From NCBI GenBank assembly GCA_963929525.1, contig CAWVJB010000020.1:2890-66889 (forward strand): a stretch of 64,000 bases of DNA, given 5' to 3'. The translations under genes and the position numbers were made by a program. The notes below the pieces were generated by a model, which was not told the origin of the DNA, did not search any database, and worked only from the letters and a program-made list of their open reading frames with translations. This DNA is from Bacillota bacterium. GTDB lineage: Bacteria > Bacillota > Clostridia > TANB77 > CAG-508. This document shows, piece after piece, positions 9,313 through 19,532 of this stretch; position 1 is the stretch's first letter; each line of letters begins with the position of its first letter.

Positions 9313-10053
9313 ATGTTTAATTTTTCATTTGATAGAAGAATCATTTATATAATAATAGGAATTATGGTATTATCTATGGTGGTGCAATATTTAGCAAATC
9401 CAGGGATGTTATTTTCACTATTAATTAGTGTACCAGGTGTATTAATTGCCATCACATTCCATGAATTTGCACATGCATTTGTAGCAGATAAATTAGGAGA
9501 TGATACAGCAAGAAGAGAAGGAAGGCTTAGTTTAAATCCATTAGATCATTTAGACCCAATTGGAACCGTATTATTACTATTTGCGGGATTTGGTTGGGGA
9601 AAACCAGTTCATGTAAATCCAAGAAATTATACAAGAAAAATATCTATGGAAAAAGGAGAAGCACTTGTTTCTATAGCAGGACCTGTCATGAATTTATTAC
9701 TTGCTATCATTTTTGCAATTATATATTATGGCATATATAAATTGGCAGATTCTTCATTTTTGTTATCTACAATAGGTGGAATTTTGATGAAAATTATTGC
9801 TTCAACAGTATCTATTAATGTGGGATTAGGATTATTTAACTTAATTCCATTACCACCATTAGATGGATCAAAAGTCATCATGCCATTTTTACCCTTTAAT
9901 GCAAAACAATGGTTTATAAATAATGAACAAATCTTTTATATTGTATTTGTTGTATTATGGATAACAGGATTAACATCTTATATCATTTCTCCAGGAATTC
10001 AAGCAGTTACAGGTTGGGTATCTAATCTAGCAATGCTGATTTGGGGATTATAA
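9313..10053 (+). CDS. Site-2 protease (M50) family membrane metalloprotease
   Basis: HEFAHAFVADKLGD (HExxH), LNPLDHLDP and NLIPLPPLDG motifs. ATG 9313 follows AGGAG. Confidence 0.85.
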   Translation: MFNFSFDRRIIYIIIGIMVLSMVVQYLANPGMLFSLLISVPGVLIAITFHEFAHAFVADKLGDDTARREGRLSLNPLDHLDPIGTVLLLFAGFGWGKPVHVNPRNYTRKISMEKGEALVSIAGPVMNLLLAIIFAIIYYGIYKLADSSFLLSTIGGILMKIIASTVSINVGLGLFNLIPLPPLDGSKVIMPFLPFNAKQWFINNEQIFYIVFVVLWITGLTSYIISPGIQAVTGWVSNLAMLIWGL

Positions 10054-10068
10054 TATGTGGGAGGAAAC

Positions 10069-11067
10069 ATGAAAGCTATTTATACATTAGGAATTGAAAC
10101 AAGCTGTGATGAAACATCAGTAGCCATTGTGAAAAATGGTAGAGAAATCATATCAAATGTGATTGATACACAAATACCAATCCATGAAAAATATGGAGGC
10201 GTTGTGCCAGAAATTGCATCTAGAAATCATATTGAGGCTATCTCAAGAGTAACCAAAAAGGCTTTAGTAGAAGCAAACTTGACATTAGAGCAAATAGATG
10301 CAGTAACACCTACCTATGGTCCAGGGCTTGTTGGTTCTTTATTAGTGGGATTATCCTATGCAAAAGCATTAAGTTTTGCAATGAATAAACCGCTAGTTGG
10401 TGTAAATCATATCCAAGGACATATTGCAGCAAATTATATTACATATAAAGAACTAGAACCACCCTTTTTATGTGTGATGATGTCAGGAGGCAATACACAA
10501 ATCATACATGTAAAAGATTATACAGAATTTGAAGTTTTAGGAAAAACTAGAGATGATGCTATTGGAGAAGCATTTGATAAAGTAGCAAGAGTAATAGGGT
10601 TAAAATATCCAGGAGGACCTAAAGTAGATAAATTGGCACAAAAAGGAAAACCAACAATAGATTTACCCAAAATACATTTTGAAAATATGGATTTTAGTTT
10701 TAGTGGAATAAAAACAGCAGTAATTAATTTATATCATAAAAATCCAGAAATAAATAAAGCTGATTTATGTGCTAGTTTTGAAAAAACAATCATAGAAATA
10801 TTAATGGAAAATATAAATAAAGCAATAGAATTAACCAGAATTAAAACTGTTACATTAGCAGGAGGTGTATCAGCCAATTGTTATATCAGAAAAGCATTTA
10901 TGAACTTACAGCAAGAAGGATTGCAAATATATATGCCAGATTTAAAATTATGCACAGATAATGCAGCTATGATTGCATCAGCTGGATATTACAATTATAT
11001 AGAAGGAAAAAGAGATACATTAGCTTTAAATGCAATACCAAATTTAAAATTATCATCAGTTTTTTAA
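10069..11067 (+). CDS. tsaD: tRNA N6-adenosine threonylcarbamoyltransferase
   Basis: LGIETSCDETS...GVNHIQGHI...MSGGNTQ... is typical TsaD. ATG 10069 follows GGGAGG. Confidence 0.95.
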   Translation: MKAIYTLGIETSCDETSVAIVKNGREIISNVIDTQIPIHEKYGGVVPEIASRNHIEAISRVTKKALVEANLTLEQIDAVTPTYGPGLVGSLLVGLSYAKALSFAMNKPLVGVNHIQGHIAANYITYKELEPPFLCVMMSGGNTQIIHVKDYTEFEVLGKTRDDAIGEAFDKVARVIGLKYPGGPKVDKLAQKGKPTIDLPKIHFENMDFSFSGIKTAVINLYHKNPEINKADLCASFEKTIIEILMENINKAIELTRIKTVTLAGGVSANCYIRKAFMNLQQEGLQIYMPDLKLCTDNAAMIASAGYYNYIEGKRDTLALNAIPNLKLSSVF

Positions 11068-11151
11068 AAATAAAAAAATTAAAAAAGTATACTCTAAGAA
11101 AAATTTCTTGTATAATGCAATGCTAATTGATATATGAAATGGAGAAAATAA

Positions 11152-11859
11152 ATGGCAATATATACAATAGGAGATCTTCATTTATCCTTTAATGAAAATA
11201 AACCAATGAGTGTGTTTGGAGAAAATTGGGAAGGATATGAAGAAAAAATAAAAGAAGAATGGATAAATCTGGTAGAAGAACATGATTTAGTCATTATACC
11301 AGGAGATTTTTCATGGTCAATGTATTTAAAAGATACATACAAAGATTTTGAATATCTAAATTCTTTACCAGGTAAAAAACTATTATTAAAAGGAAATCAT
11401 GACTATTGGTGGTCTACCATAAAAAGCATGAGAAATTATATCAAAGAAAATCTTTTTCATAATATTGATTTTATTTATAATAATGCTTATGAATATGAAC
11501 AAAAAATCATTGTAGGAACAAGAGGATGGTCATTTGGTGAAGATGAAGAAAGCAAAAAAATGATAAAAAGAGAAGTAACAAGATTAGAATTATCCATAAA
11601 AAATGGACTTGAGACTTATGGAGAAAACAAAGAAATAGTTGCATTTTTACATTATCCGCCAATCATCAATCAACAAATACAAAATAACGAAATGAATGAA
11701 TTTATTAGAATCTTAAAAAAATATAATATAAAAAGATGTTATTATGGACATTTACATAGTATAGCAATAAAAGAAGCAGTAGAAGGGGAACATTTTGGAA
11801 TTTATTTCAAGTTAGTGAGTGCAGATGCACTTGATTTTAATTTAGTAAAAGTAGAATAA
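11152..11859 (+). CDS. Metallophosphoesterase family protein
   Basis: GDLHLS, GDFSW, GNHDYWW, LHYPP and YGHLH motifs. Confidence 0.8.
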   Translation: MAIYTIGDLHLSFNENKPMSVFGENWEGYEEKIKEEWINLVEEHDLVIIPGDFSWSMYLKDTYKDFEYLNSLPGKKLLLKGNHDYWWSTIKSMRNYIKENLFHNIDFIYNNAYEYEQKIIVGTRGWSFGEDEESKKMIKREVTRLELSIKNGLETYGENKEIVAFLHYPPIINQQIQNNEMNEFIRILKKYNIKRCYYGHLHSIAIKEAVEGEHFGIYFKLVSADALDFNLVKVE

Positions 11860-11865
11860 TGAATG

Positions 11866-11971
11866 GGTTGCCAAAGGGGACGGGTTAAATTGGCAACTTT
11901 TTAATTCAAAAAATTAATTATTTACGATAAATAACCAAAGTTGCCAATTTAACCCGTCCCCTTTGGCAACC
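11866..11971. repeat. Family B palindrome, copy 1
   Basis: Perfect 35-bp arms ggttgccaaaggggacgggttaaattggcaacttt with a 36-nt loop. Each arm is itself a hairpin (gttgccaa/ttggcaac) with GGGGACG in its loop. Confidence 0.9.
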
Positions 11972-12043
11972 GCAATTGAGACAAAAAGTCTATTGACAAA
12001 AAAATAGGGAATTGATAATATATACATATAATGGGGGAAAAGT

Positions 12044-12547
12044 ATGAATATATATCCAGATGCATATTTTGAAAAAGTGGAAGATATTAATATAGAATTT
12101 TTAAATAAAAATAAAATAAAGGCGCTATTATTGGATGTAGATAATACATTAGTAGACTATACTAAACAAATGACAGAAAGTGTTATAAAATGGATAAAAG
12201 AGTTAAAAGGTCAAGGAGTAAAACTATATATATTATCCAATACAAATGATAAACAAAAAATTGAAAATATTGTAAAAAAAATAGATATACCGTATCAGCA
12301 TTTTGCAATGAAACCATTAAAAAGAGGCTTTAAAAAAGCACAAAAGAAATTAGGAGAAAAAAGTGAAAATATAGCGATTGTAGGAGATCAAATATTTACA
12401 GATATTATCGGGGGAAAAAGATGCAATATGTATACGATATTGGTGGAGCCAATTAATAAAAAAGATTTTTGGTATACGGCATGGAAAAGACCAATAGAAA
12501 ATAACATAAAAAAGCAAATAAGACTAAAACAAACAATCATGAAATAA
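12044..12547 (+). CDS. yqeG: YqeG-family HAD phosphatase
   Basis: LLLDVDNTLV, LSNT and GDQIFTDIIGG motifs; 167 aa. Confidence 0.8.
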   Translation: MNIYPDAYFEKVEDINIEFLNKNKIKALLLDVDNTLVDYTKQMTESVIKWIKELKGQGVKLYILSNTNDKQKIENIVKKIDIPYQHFAMKPLKRGFKKAQKKLGEKSENIAIVGDQIFTDIIGGKRCNMYTILVEPINKKDFWYTAWKRPIENNIKKQIRLKQTIMK

Positions 12548-12629
12548 ACTTACAATACGATCAAAACAAAAGAAAAAAGATAAAATGACAATGTGAAACA
12601 TAAGGAAAAGGAATAAAAAGGAGATTAGA

Positions 12630-13379
12630 ATGTATTATAATGATGTACATATAGGTTATTATTTAGTAGTAGCCATACTAGGTTTATTGGTTGGACAATT
12701 GATGGATTGGGCAAATAAACGATTACCAGAATATAAGAAATTTTTATCATTAGATATATTTAAAGAATATAAAAGAAATTTTAAACCAAACTATGTATTG
12801 ATGTTATTAACTTCAGTAATTTATATAACATTGGTTTACACATTTGGCATAAAAGATACGTTTATTGCGAATTTAGATTTAATAAAATTCTTAATTTTGA
12901 CACCAATGTTGTTATCAGCATTTACTATAGATTACAAATTACAAATCATACCAAATCGATTAAATCTAACAATATTTGAATTTGGATTACTGTTTGCTTT
13001 CATATATGGATTATCAGATGTAGCAATTACTTTAAATATGTTATTAGGAATGCTAGCAGGTGCTGGAATTTTCTTATTAATCACATTAGTAGGTGGACTA
13101 TTTTATGGTAAAGAAGCCATGGGATTTGGTGATGTTAAATTAATGGGAGCATTAGGACTATTTTTTGGATTGTCCAATATTGTAGTTATTACATTAATAT
13201 CATTTTTAATAGGTGCAATTTTGAGTATTGGATTGTTAATTACAAAAGTAAAGAAAACAAATGAATATATACCATTTGGACCATTTATCGTAATTGCAAC
13301 ATTCATTAGCATGTATATACCATTTGAAACAATAAAATTTGTATTAATGAAAATATTTACATTAGGAATGTATAACTAA
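12630..13379 (+). CDS. Prepilin peptidase (A24 family)
   Basis: Polytopic membrane protein with GFGDVKLMGALGLFFG and IPFGPF motifs. No other type IV pilus or competence machinery genes in the window. Confidence 0.85.
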   Translation: MYYNDVHIGYYLVVAILGLLVGQLMDWANKRLPEYKKFLSLDIFKEYKRNFKPNYVLMLLTSVIYITLVYTFGIKDTFIANLDLIKFLILTPMLLSAFTIDYKLQIIPNRLNLTIFEFGLLFAFIYGLSDVAITLNMLLGMLAGAGIFLLITLVGGLFYGKEAMGFGDVKLMGALGLFFGLSNIVVITLISFLIGAILSIGLLITKVKKTNEYIPFGPFIVIATFISMYIPFETIKFVLMKIFTLGMYN

Positions 13380-13412
13380 AATTAAATATAAATAATAAGA
13401 GGGGATGATACA

Positions 13413-14471
13413 ATGAATCCTAAATTACAATGGTTAAGAAATAAGATGTCTAGTTTAGATTTACAAGGTTTAATTATTTCCAATCCAATAAATATCAAAT
13501 ATTTGACAAACATAAATGCAGAAGGAATATTATTATTAACTAGAAAAGAAAATATTTATATAACAGATGCAAGATATATAGAGCATGTTCATAGTATATT
13601 AACATTGTATGATGAAATTATCGTTTATGATATGAATGATGTATCAAAAGAAGACTATGAAAATTTCTTTATGTTTTGTGAAAATGTTGGATTTGAAGAA
13701 CATTATGTCACATATGCAGAATATAAAGAATATATGAGAAAATATAAAATTAATAGTTTGATAGAAACAGAATATATCATAGAAAAACAAAGAATGATAA
13801 AAGATGAAGAAGAAATCAGTAATATCAAAAAAGCATGTGAAATTACAGATAATTGCTTTTCATACATATTGGACTATATTAAACCAGGTATAACAGAAAA
13901 ACAAATTGCAAACGAAATTGAAGAATATTATAAACAAAGAACAGATGGCTTATCTTTTGATACAATTGTGGCATCAGGAGAAAATACTTCAAAACCACAT
14001 GCGATTCCAACAGATAGAAAAATACAGGATGTCGATATTATAACAATTGATATGGGATGTAAGGTAAATGGATATTGCTCAGATATGACAAGAACGTTTT
14101 TTGTTGGAGAAGTCCCAGAATATGTAAAACTAGTTTATGATTTGGTTTTAAAAAATCAGACACAAACAGCAAATGATTTTAAAGATGGGGTAAGTACAAG
14201 ATTGTTAACAAAAATGGTAGAAAATGATTTTAAATTAAATGGATATGATTTAATTCATAGTTTGGGTCACGGAGTAGGAATGGAAATACATGAAGCACCA
14301 TATATTAGTTATAAATCAGATATATTATTAAAAGAAAATATGGTTGTAACCAATGAACCAGGTATCTATATTCCAGGAAAATTTGGAGTAAGAATAGAAG
14401 ATACTGTACAAATTACAAAATTTGGTTGTATAAATTTAACCAATTCTGAGAAAAATTATATTGTAATATGA
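13413..14471 (+). CDS. M24-family Xaa-Pro aminopeptidase
   Basis: Creatinase-like N-terminal domain plus pita-bread domain (DMGC..NGYCSDMTRT, GHGVGMEIHE, NEPGIY, RIEDT). Confidence 0.85.
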   Translation: MNPKLQWLRNKMSSLDLQGLIISNPINIKYLTNINAEGILLLTRKENIYITDARYIEHVHSILTLYDEIIVYDMNDVSKEDYENFFMFCENVGFEEHYVTYAEYKEYMRKYKINSLIETEYIIEKQRMIKDEEEISNIKKACEITDNCFSYILDYIKPGITEKQIANEIEEYYKQRTDGLSFDTIVASGENTSKPHAIPTDRKIQDVDIITIDMGCKVNGYCSDMTRTFFVGEVPEYVKLVYDLVLKNQTQTANDFKDGVSTRLLTKMVENDFKLNGYDLIHSLGHGVGMEIHEAPYISYKSDILLKENMVVTNEPGIYIPGKFGVRIEDTVQITKFGCINLTNSEKNYIVI

Positions 14472-14474
14472 AAA

Positions 14475-14656
14475 TTTTACACTTCAGCCTAAGATATATA
14501 TTTATTATTTTTTACATCTCCTGTTCGTAATCACTTATGTTGAAAGATAAATCTTTCAACGAATGAAGATTGATCCAATTGCACGCACTATGTTCGTTTG
14601 GTCACTTACGCGATGTTGCAAAATAATAAATACATATCTTCGACTGGACTGTAACC
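14475..14656. repeat. Long degenerate palindrome with family A-like terminus (ggttacagtccagtcgaag)
   Basis: Arms ttacacttcagcctaagatatatatttattatttt / aaaataataaatacatatcttcgactggactgtaa. Central hairpin gttgaaag-ataaat-ctttcaac. Confidence 0.65.
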
Positions 14657-14768
14657 AAAAAGAGCAAAAATAGCTTAAAAACAGCAAAATGCTTGATTTT
14701 TATTGAAAAATGTAGTAAAATATATAAAGTTTTGTAATAGTAATTGAAAAATGAAAGGAGAAATGAAA

Positions 14769-15335
14769 ATGGCATCAGTATATTCAGCAGGAGATTTTAG
14801 AAATGGAACAACATTTGAAATGGAGGGAAATGTATATAGAATCGTAGAATTCCAACATGTTAAACCAGGAAAGGGATCTGCATTTGTAAGAACCAAATTA
14901 AAAAATGTTATCACAGGTGCAACATTAGAAAAAACATTTAACCCAGGAGATAAATTCCCAGCTGCACAAATAGAAAAGAAAAACATGCAATATTTATATA
15001 ATGATAGTGGTTTGTATTATTTTATGGATAATGAAACATATGACCAAATACCATTAAATGAAGACCAAATTGGTGATTGTTTAAAATACTTAAAAGAAAA
15101 TATGGAAGTAACAATACTTTCATACAAAGGAAATGTATTTGCAGTAGAACCACCTATATTTGTTGAACTACAAGTTACATATACTGAACCTGGATTTAGT
15201 GGAAATACAACAACAACATCAGGAAAACCAGCAAAATTAGAAACAGGTTTAGAAATTCAAGTACCATTATTCGTTGAAATTGGAGATATCTTAAGAATAG
15301 ATACTAGAACAGGCGAATATATGGAAAGAGTATAG
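14769..15335 (+). CDS. efp: Elongation factor P
   Basis: [17 protein letters not shown]...[20 protein letters not shown] 14769 lies 8 nt after AGGAG. Confidence 0.95.
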   Translation: MASVYSAGDFRNGTTFEMEGNVYRIVEFQHVKPGKGSAFVRTKLKNVITGATLEKTFNPGDKFPAAQIEKKNMQYLYNDSGLYYFMDNETYDQIPLNEDQIGDCLKYLKENMEVTILSYKGNVFAVEPPIFVELQVTYTEPGFSGNTTTTSGKPAKLETGLEIQVPLFVEIGDILRIDTRTGEYMERV

Positions 15336-15349
15336 AAAGGTGAATCTTA

Positions 15350-15883
15350 ATGGCTAGACTAAGAGAAGAATATAAAAAATTTTTAGATGATATGGAAAAG
15401 AATTTAAAAAATAAAGAAGATTTAGAATATATAAAAGTTAGATTTTCAATGTTTGTTGATAAAGTAATTGATGAAATGGATATGCTTATAAATTATAAAA
15501 CGCAGAAAATGAACGAATTAGAGCAAAAACAAAAAGAAATTGATGATAAAATGAGTCAAATGCAACAAATTATTGATAATATTGAGAAAGATATATATTC
15601 TGATGAAGGTTTTGACTTTGAGATTATTTGTCCTTATTGTGATAATCAATTTGTGATAGATGTTGACGAAGATAAATCAGAAGTGGAATGTCCGGTTTGC
15701 AATAATATTATTGAATTAGATTGGACAGGAGATGTAGAGGAAGATTTAGATTGCAATGGAAGTTGCTCAACTTGTCATGAATGTGATGAAGAGCTAAATG
15801 AAGAACAACAAGGACAAAATAAATCAACTAAAAATAATATTGAAAATGATAATTCACAAGAAAATAATGATGATGATATGTAA
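15350..15883 (+). CDS. CD1247-N-terminal-domain-like protein with zinc ribbon and acidic tail
   Basis: Coiled-coil N-terminus, CPYC...CPVC ribbon and position directly after efp, as in many Clostridia. Confidence 0.5.
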   Translation: MARLREEYKKFLDDMEKNLKNKEDLEYIKVRFSMFVDKVIDEMDMLINYKTQKMNELEQKQKEIDDKMSQMQQIIDNIEKDIYSDEGFDFEIICPYCDNQFVIDVDEDKSEVECPVCNNIIELDWTGDVEEDLDCNGSCSTCHECDEELNEEQQGQNKSTKNNIENDNSQENNDDDM

Positions 15884-15896
15884 ACAAAAATAAAAA

Positions 15897-15932
15897 GTGT
15901 CATAAATAGTTCAGCTATTTGTGGCACTTTTT
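15897..15932 (+). terminator. Intrinsic terminator
   Basis: Stem gtgtcataaatag / ctatttgtggcac (two G.U pairs on the + strand) followed by ttttt. Confidence 0.7.
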
Positions 15933-15935
15933 GGT

Positions 15936-16070
15936 GAATAGGAAACAATATGCAACTTTAAGTTACTTAGGCTCAAAGTGAAAATAAATATTAAAATTTT
16001 ATTTTCAAAAGAAAAATAATTTTTTCGAAAACTTAAATATATATAGTTAAATTAGAAAAGTAAAGAAAGT
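15936..16070 (+). repeat. Family G module R4 (15936-16017) followed by a partial family H copy (16024-16070)
   Basis: gaataggaaacaatatgcaactttaagttacttaggctcaaagtgaaaataaatattaaaattttattttcaaaagaaaaat recurs at 19027, 50612 (-) and 61196. ttcgaaaacttaaatatatatagttaaattagaaaag matches H1/H2. Confidence 0.8.
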
Positions 16071-16087
16071 ACCAAACATATAAAAAA

Positions 16088-16708
16088 CTAGAAAAAATTT
16101 AAAGGATTTTGATATTTTCCATCTATTCGAATGCCTAAATGAAGATGAGTACCAGTTGTGGCACCATTTGTAGGTTTACCAGAAGAATCAGAATATTGAT
16201 TACCTTTTACACCATAAATATATTTAGGACCAACATATCCAATGACTTGTCCTTGTTTTACCATATCTCCCACTTTTACAATATAATTTGGAGAACAATG
16301 ACAATAGGTAACTTTGTAATTGCCAAAAGAAAGGGTAATGGTATATCCACCAGCACCTAAAAATTGTGTAAAAGTGATCTCTCCATCAGCCACAGCAATT
16401 AATTTTGTTCCCTCTGGTGCAGGAATATCAATACCAGAATGAGAGGAAGAAGCACCAGAAGTTGGAGAAACTCTTTTACCAAAATAGGAACTAATTCTAG
16501 TATAACCAGGAATTGGCCAAACAAAACCATCTGGATTCATGGAAATAATCTCAGAATCCAGATTATTTTCATAATAAGCACCGTTTGAACTTATCATAGG
16601 ACTAAAAAAGATAGTAATAAACAAAATCAAAAAAATAAGTATGAAAATAAAAGATTTAATATTTTGAAAAATAAAAATCACCTCATTTAAATAAAAAATA
16701 GAAACCAT
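16088..16708 (-). CDS. M23-family peptidoglycan endopeptidase (start uncertain)
   Basis: HSGIDIPAPEGTKLIAVADGEI...GTHLHLGIR is the M23 signature. The ORF-track N-terminus overlaps tRNA-Trp and its terminator, so the real start lies below 16700. Confidence 0.8.
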   Translation of the reverse strand: MVSIFYLNEVIFIFQNIKSFIFILIFLILFITIFFSPMISSNGAYYENNLDSEIISMNPDGFVWPIPGYTRISSYFGKRVSPTSGASSSHSGIDIPAPEGTKLIAVADGEITFTQFLGAGGYTITLSFGNYKVTYCHCSPNYIVKVGDMVKQGQVIGYVGPKYIYGVKGNQYSDSSGKPTNGATTGTHLHLGIRIDGKYQNPLNFF

Positions 16709-16732
16709 GTAACTGGTGCACAGTTTGGTTTC
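16689..16732 (-). terminator. Intrinsic terminator after tRNA-Trp
   Basis: Minus strand gaaacca-N18-tggtttc followed by tattttttattt. Confidence 0.6.
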
Positions 16733-16737
16733 CATTG

Positions 16738-16812
16738 TGGCAGGGGTAGTAGGATTCGAACCCACACAGGCGGTTTTGGAGACCGATGTGCTACCATTAA
16801 CACTATACCCCT
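16738..16812 (-). tRNA. tRNA-Trp (CCA)
   Basis: Reverse complement AGGGGTATAGTG...CTCCAAA...GGTTCGAATCC...CCCCTGCCA; 75 nt; close to B. subtilis tRNA-Trp. Confidence 0.9.
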
Positions 16813-16929
16813 ATCAATCATTTAATTACAACAATTAATATATTAGCATAAAAAAAAGATTTTATCAATATTTTTTTGAAAATTATTGACTTTTTTTAAT
16901 AAAGATAATAAAATATATAAAATTAAATA

Positions 16930-17152
16930 TCTACGGTGAAGAAGAAAAAATACTGTAATATTTATTTAAAGAGAGTTGGTGAAGGTGAGATACCAGCAAT
17001 AGATAAGTATGGGGAGCTTTGGAGTGGATTTAAAATGAAGGTGCTTAAAACTTCAGATAACTTTCATCTATGTTTTAAGAATTAGGGTGGAAACGCGGAA
17101 TATAACTTTCGTCCCTAGTATGTGATTATACTAGGTTGATGAAAGTTTTTTT
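16930..17152 (+). promoter_or_regulatory. T-box leader (riboswitch) for glyQS
   Basis: AGAGAG box and GGTGAAGGTGAGA distal motif, T-box sequence aattagggtggaaacgcgg, then terminator aactttcgtccctagtat...atactaggttgatgaaagttttttt. Confidence 0.85.
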
Positions 17153-17533
17153 GTTTTAAATTTAATGAAAAGCAGCAATCTGCACATTTTTATAGAAATA
17201 ACAACCCTCAACGTACAGAAGTACGCCCTCGGCTTGTTATTTCTATAAAAATGCACATCTTACTACTTTTGATTAAATTATGCGAATCAGATGAGAATTC
17301 AGCATCTAGCACATTTTCGTAATTTATTTCAAACCTCGATGTACAAATGTACACCTTCGGCTTGAAATAAATCACAAAAATGCACTATATAATAAATCTA
17401 ATCGATTTAGAAAGAATGCACATCTTACTACTTTTGATTAAATTATGTGATCAGATGAGAATTCAGCATCTTGCACATTTTTATTTTATTCATCAAACTT
17501 CGACGTATAGACATATTACAAAAAAACTTTCAT
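17139..17533. repeat. Family I repeat block between T-box terminator and glyQS
   Basis: Perfect 16-bp terminal inverted repeat atgaaagtttttttgt (17139-17154) / acaaaaaaactttcat (17518-17533). Internal ~95-bp direct repeat at 17251 and 17416, plus hairpins sharing cctcggcttg. Confidence 0.8.
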
Positions 17534-17567
17534 GGACTAGCAAATAAAATTAGAAGGAGGAATTGTT

Positions 17568-18950
17568 ATGTTAAAATCAATGGACACACTAGTTGCACTT
17601 TGCAAAAATAGGGGCTATATTTACCCAGGCTCAGAAATTTATGGAGGATTAGCAAACACTTGGGACTATGGACCTTTAGGGAACGAACTAAAAAACAATG
17701 TCAAAATGGCATGGAGAAAAAAATTTATACAAGAAAGCAAATATAATGTAGGATTAGATGCAGCAATTTTAATGAATCCTACAACATGGGTAGCTTCAGG
17801 ACATGTAGGCGGTTTCTCAGATCCATTAATCGATTGTAAAGAATGTAAAACAAGACATAGAGCAGATAAATTAATAGAAGAATGGGCACATGATAATGGA
17901 AAAGATATGATTGCAGATGGTATGTCTGATAAAGAATTAATAGATTTTATTAATGAAAATAAAATACCATGTCCAAATTGTGGAAAAACAAACTTTACAG
18001 ATATTAGAAAATTTAATTTAATGTTTAAAACTTTCCAAGGTGTAACAGAAGATAAAACGGCAGAAATCTATTTAAGACCAGAAACAGCACAAGGTATATT
18101 TGTAAATTTTAAAAATGTGATGAGAACAACAAGAAGAAAATTACCAATGGGAATTGCACAAATAGGAAAAGCTTTTAGAAATGAAATTACACCTGGAAAC
18201 TTCACATTTAGAACAAGAGAATTTGAACAAATGGAACTAGAATTCTTCTGTAAGCCAGGAACAGATTTAGAATGGCATGCATATTGGAAAGAATTCTGTA
18301 AAAATTGGTTATTAAATTTAGGAATCAAAGAAGAAAATATTAGATTAAGAGATCATTCAAAAGAAGAATTATCACACTATAGTAATGCAACAACAGATAT
18401 TGAATTTACTTTCCCATTTGGTTGGGGAGAATTATGGGGAATTGCAGATAGAACAGACTTTGACTTAAAGAGTCATATGAATGTTTCAAAAGAAGACTTC
18501 ACTTATACAGACCCAGAAACAAACGAAAAATATGTACCATATTGTATTGAACCATCATTAGGAGCAGATAGAGTTGCATTAGCATTTTTATGCAATGCCT
18601 ATGATGAAGAAGAAATTGGTGAAGGAGATACAAGAGTAGTATTACATTTACACCCAGTATTAGCACCATTCAAAATAGCCGTACTTCCATTATCTAAAAA
18701 ATTATCAGAAAAAGCACAAGAAGTACATGAGAAATTATCAAAGAAATTCATGTGTGATTATGATGAAACAGGAAGTATTGGAAAAAGATATAGAAGAGAA
18801 GATGAAATTGGTACACCATATTGTTTAACCGTAGACTTTGATACACTTGAAGATAATACAGTAACGATCAGAGATAGAGATACCATGGAACAAATTAGAA
18901 TTCCAATTGATGATGTAGAAAAATGGTTAGAAGAAAAATTAGAATTCTAA
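17568..18950 (+). CDS. glyQS: Glycine--tRNA ligase (homodimeric class II)
   Basis: Full-length GlyQS-like protein, 460 aa. GGAGG RBS and T-box upstream. Confidence 0.95.
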   Translation: MLKSMDTLVALCKNRGYIYPGSEIYGGLANTWDYGPLGNELKNNVKMAWRKKFIQESKYNVGLDAAILMNPTTWVASGHVGGFSDPLIDCKECKTRHRADKLIEEWAHDNGKDMIADGMSDKELIDFINENKIPCPNCGKTNFTDIRKFNLMFKTFQGVTEDKTAEIYLRPETAQGIFVNFKNVMRTTRRKLPMGIAQIGKAFRNEITPGNFTFRTREFEQMELEFFCKPGTDLEWHAYWKEFCKNWLLNLGIKEENIRLRDHSKEELSHYSNATTDIEFTFPFGWGELWGIADRTDFDLKSHMNVSKEDFTYTDPETNEKYVPYCIEPSLGADRVALAFLCNAYDEEEIGEGDTRVVLHLHPVLAPFKIAVLPLSKKLSEKAQEVHEKLSKKFMCDYDETGSIGKRYRREDEIGTPYCLTVDFDTLEDNTVTIRDRDTMEQIRIPIDDVEKWLEEKLEF

Positions 18951-18986
18951 ATGTCCAATTGGGGACGTTTCTGTTTGGGACATTTT
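18951..18986 (+). repeat. Family C hairpin, copy 1 (terminator-like)
   Basis: atgtccaattggggacgtttctgtttgggacatttt lies immediately after the glyQS TAA. Confidence 0.85.
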
Positions 18987-19026
18987 ATGAACTTTAGGGA
19001 AATTCCTTAAAGTTCAATTTTTATTG

Positions 19027-19157
19027 TATAGGAAACAATACGAAACTTTAAGTTACTTAGGCTCAAAGTGAAAATAAATATTAAAATTTTATTTTTAAAA
19101 GAAAAATTGACGCTTATCTTGACTCTATATGGATTTTCCGTATCCAACAAGGTTAAG
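19027..19157. repeat. Family G composite (module R4 + inverted module R8)
   Basis: R4 as at 15936. R8 gaaaaattgacgcttatcttgactctatatggattttccgtatccaacaaggttaag is the reverse complement of 24136-24209 and 50544-50618. Confidence 0.8.
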
Positions 19158-19240
19158 TTTTTCTTATTGAATAGAAAAAATACTATGATTTCTCTATATT
19201 TTATGATATATTAGATATACTACATTATATGAGATTAAAT

Positions 19241-19511
19241 ATGAATAAAAAAATGTATATGTTTGAAGTAATCATCAAAAAAGTTCCAGATATAGATGGA
19301 GCATATATTGAATTTCCTTATGATGTAGAGAAAGAATTTAACAAAAAAAAGAGTAAAAGTGCATGCAACATTTGATGAGGAAGCATATGATGGAATTCTA
19401 GTTAGAATGGGAACACCTTGTCATATCATTGGAATTCGTAAGGAGATTCGAAAAAAGATAGGAAAACAACTAGGAGATAAAATAAAAGTAACAATTAAAG
19501 AAAGAGAATAA
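19241..19511 (+). pseudogene. DUF1905-domain protein, frameshifted in an A8 run
   Basis: MNKKMYMFEVIIKKVPDIDGAYIEFPYDVEKEFNKKK... stops at 19372. The next frame continues RVKVHATFDEEAYDGILVRMGTPCHIIGIRKEIRKKIGKQLGDKIKVTIKERE*. The switch is at A8, 19343-19350. Confidence 0.6.
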
Positions 19512-19532
19512 ATATATAAAGGAAGATAGAAA

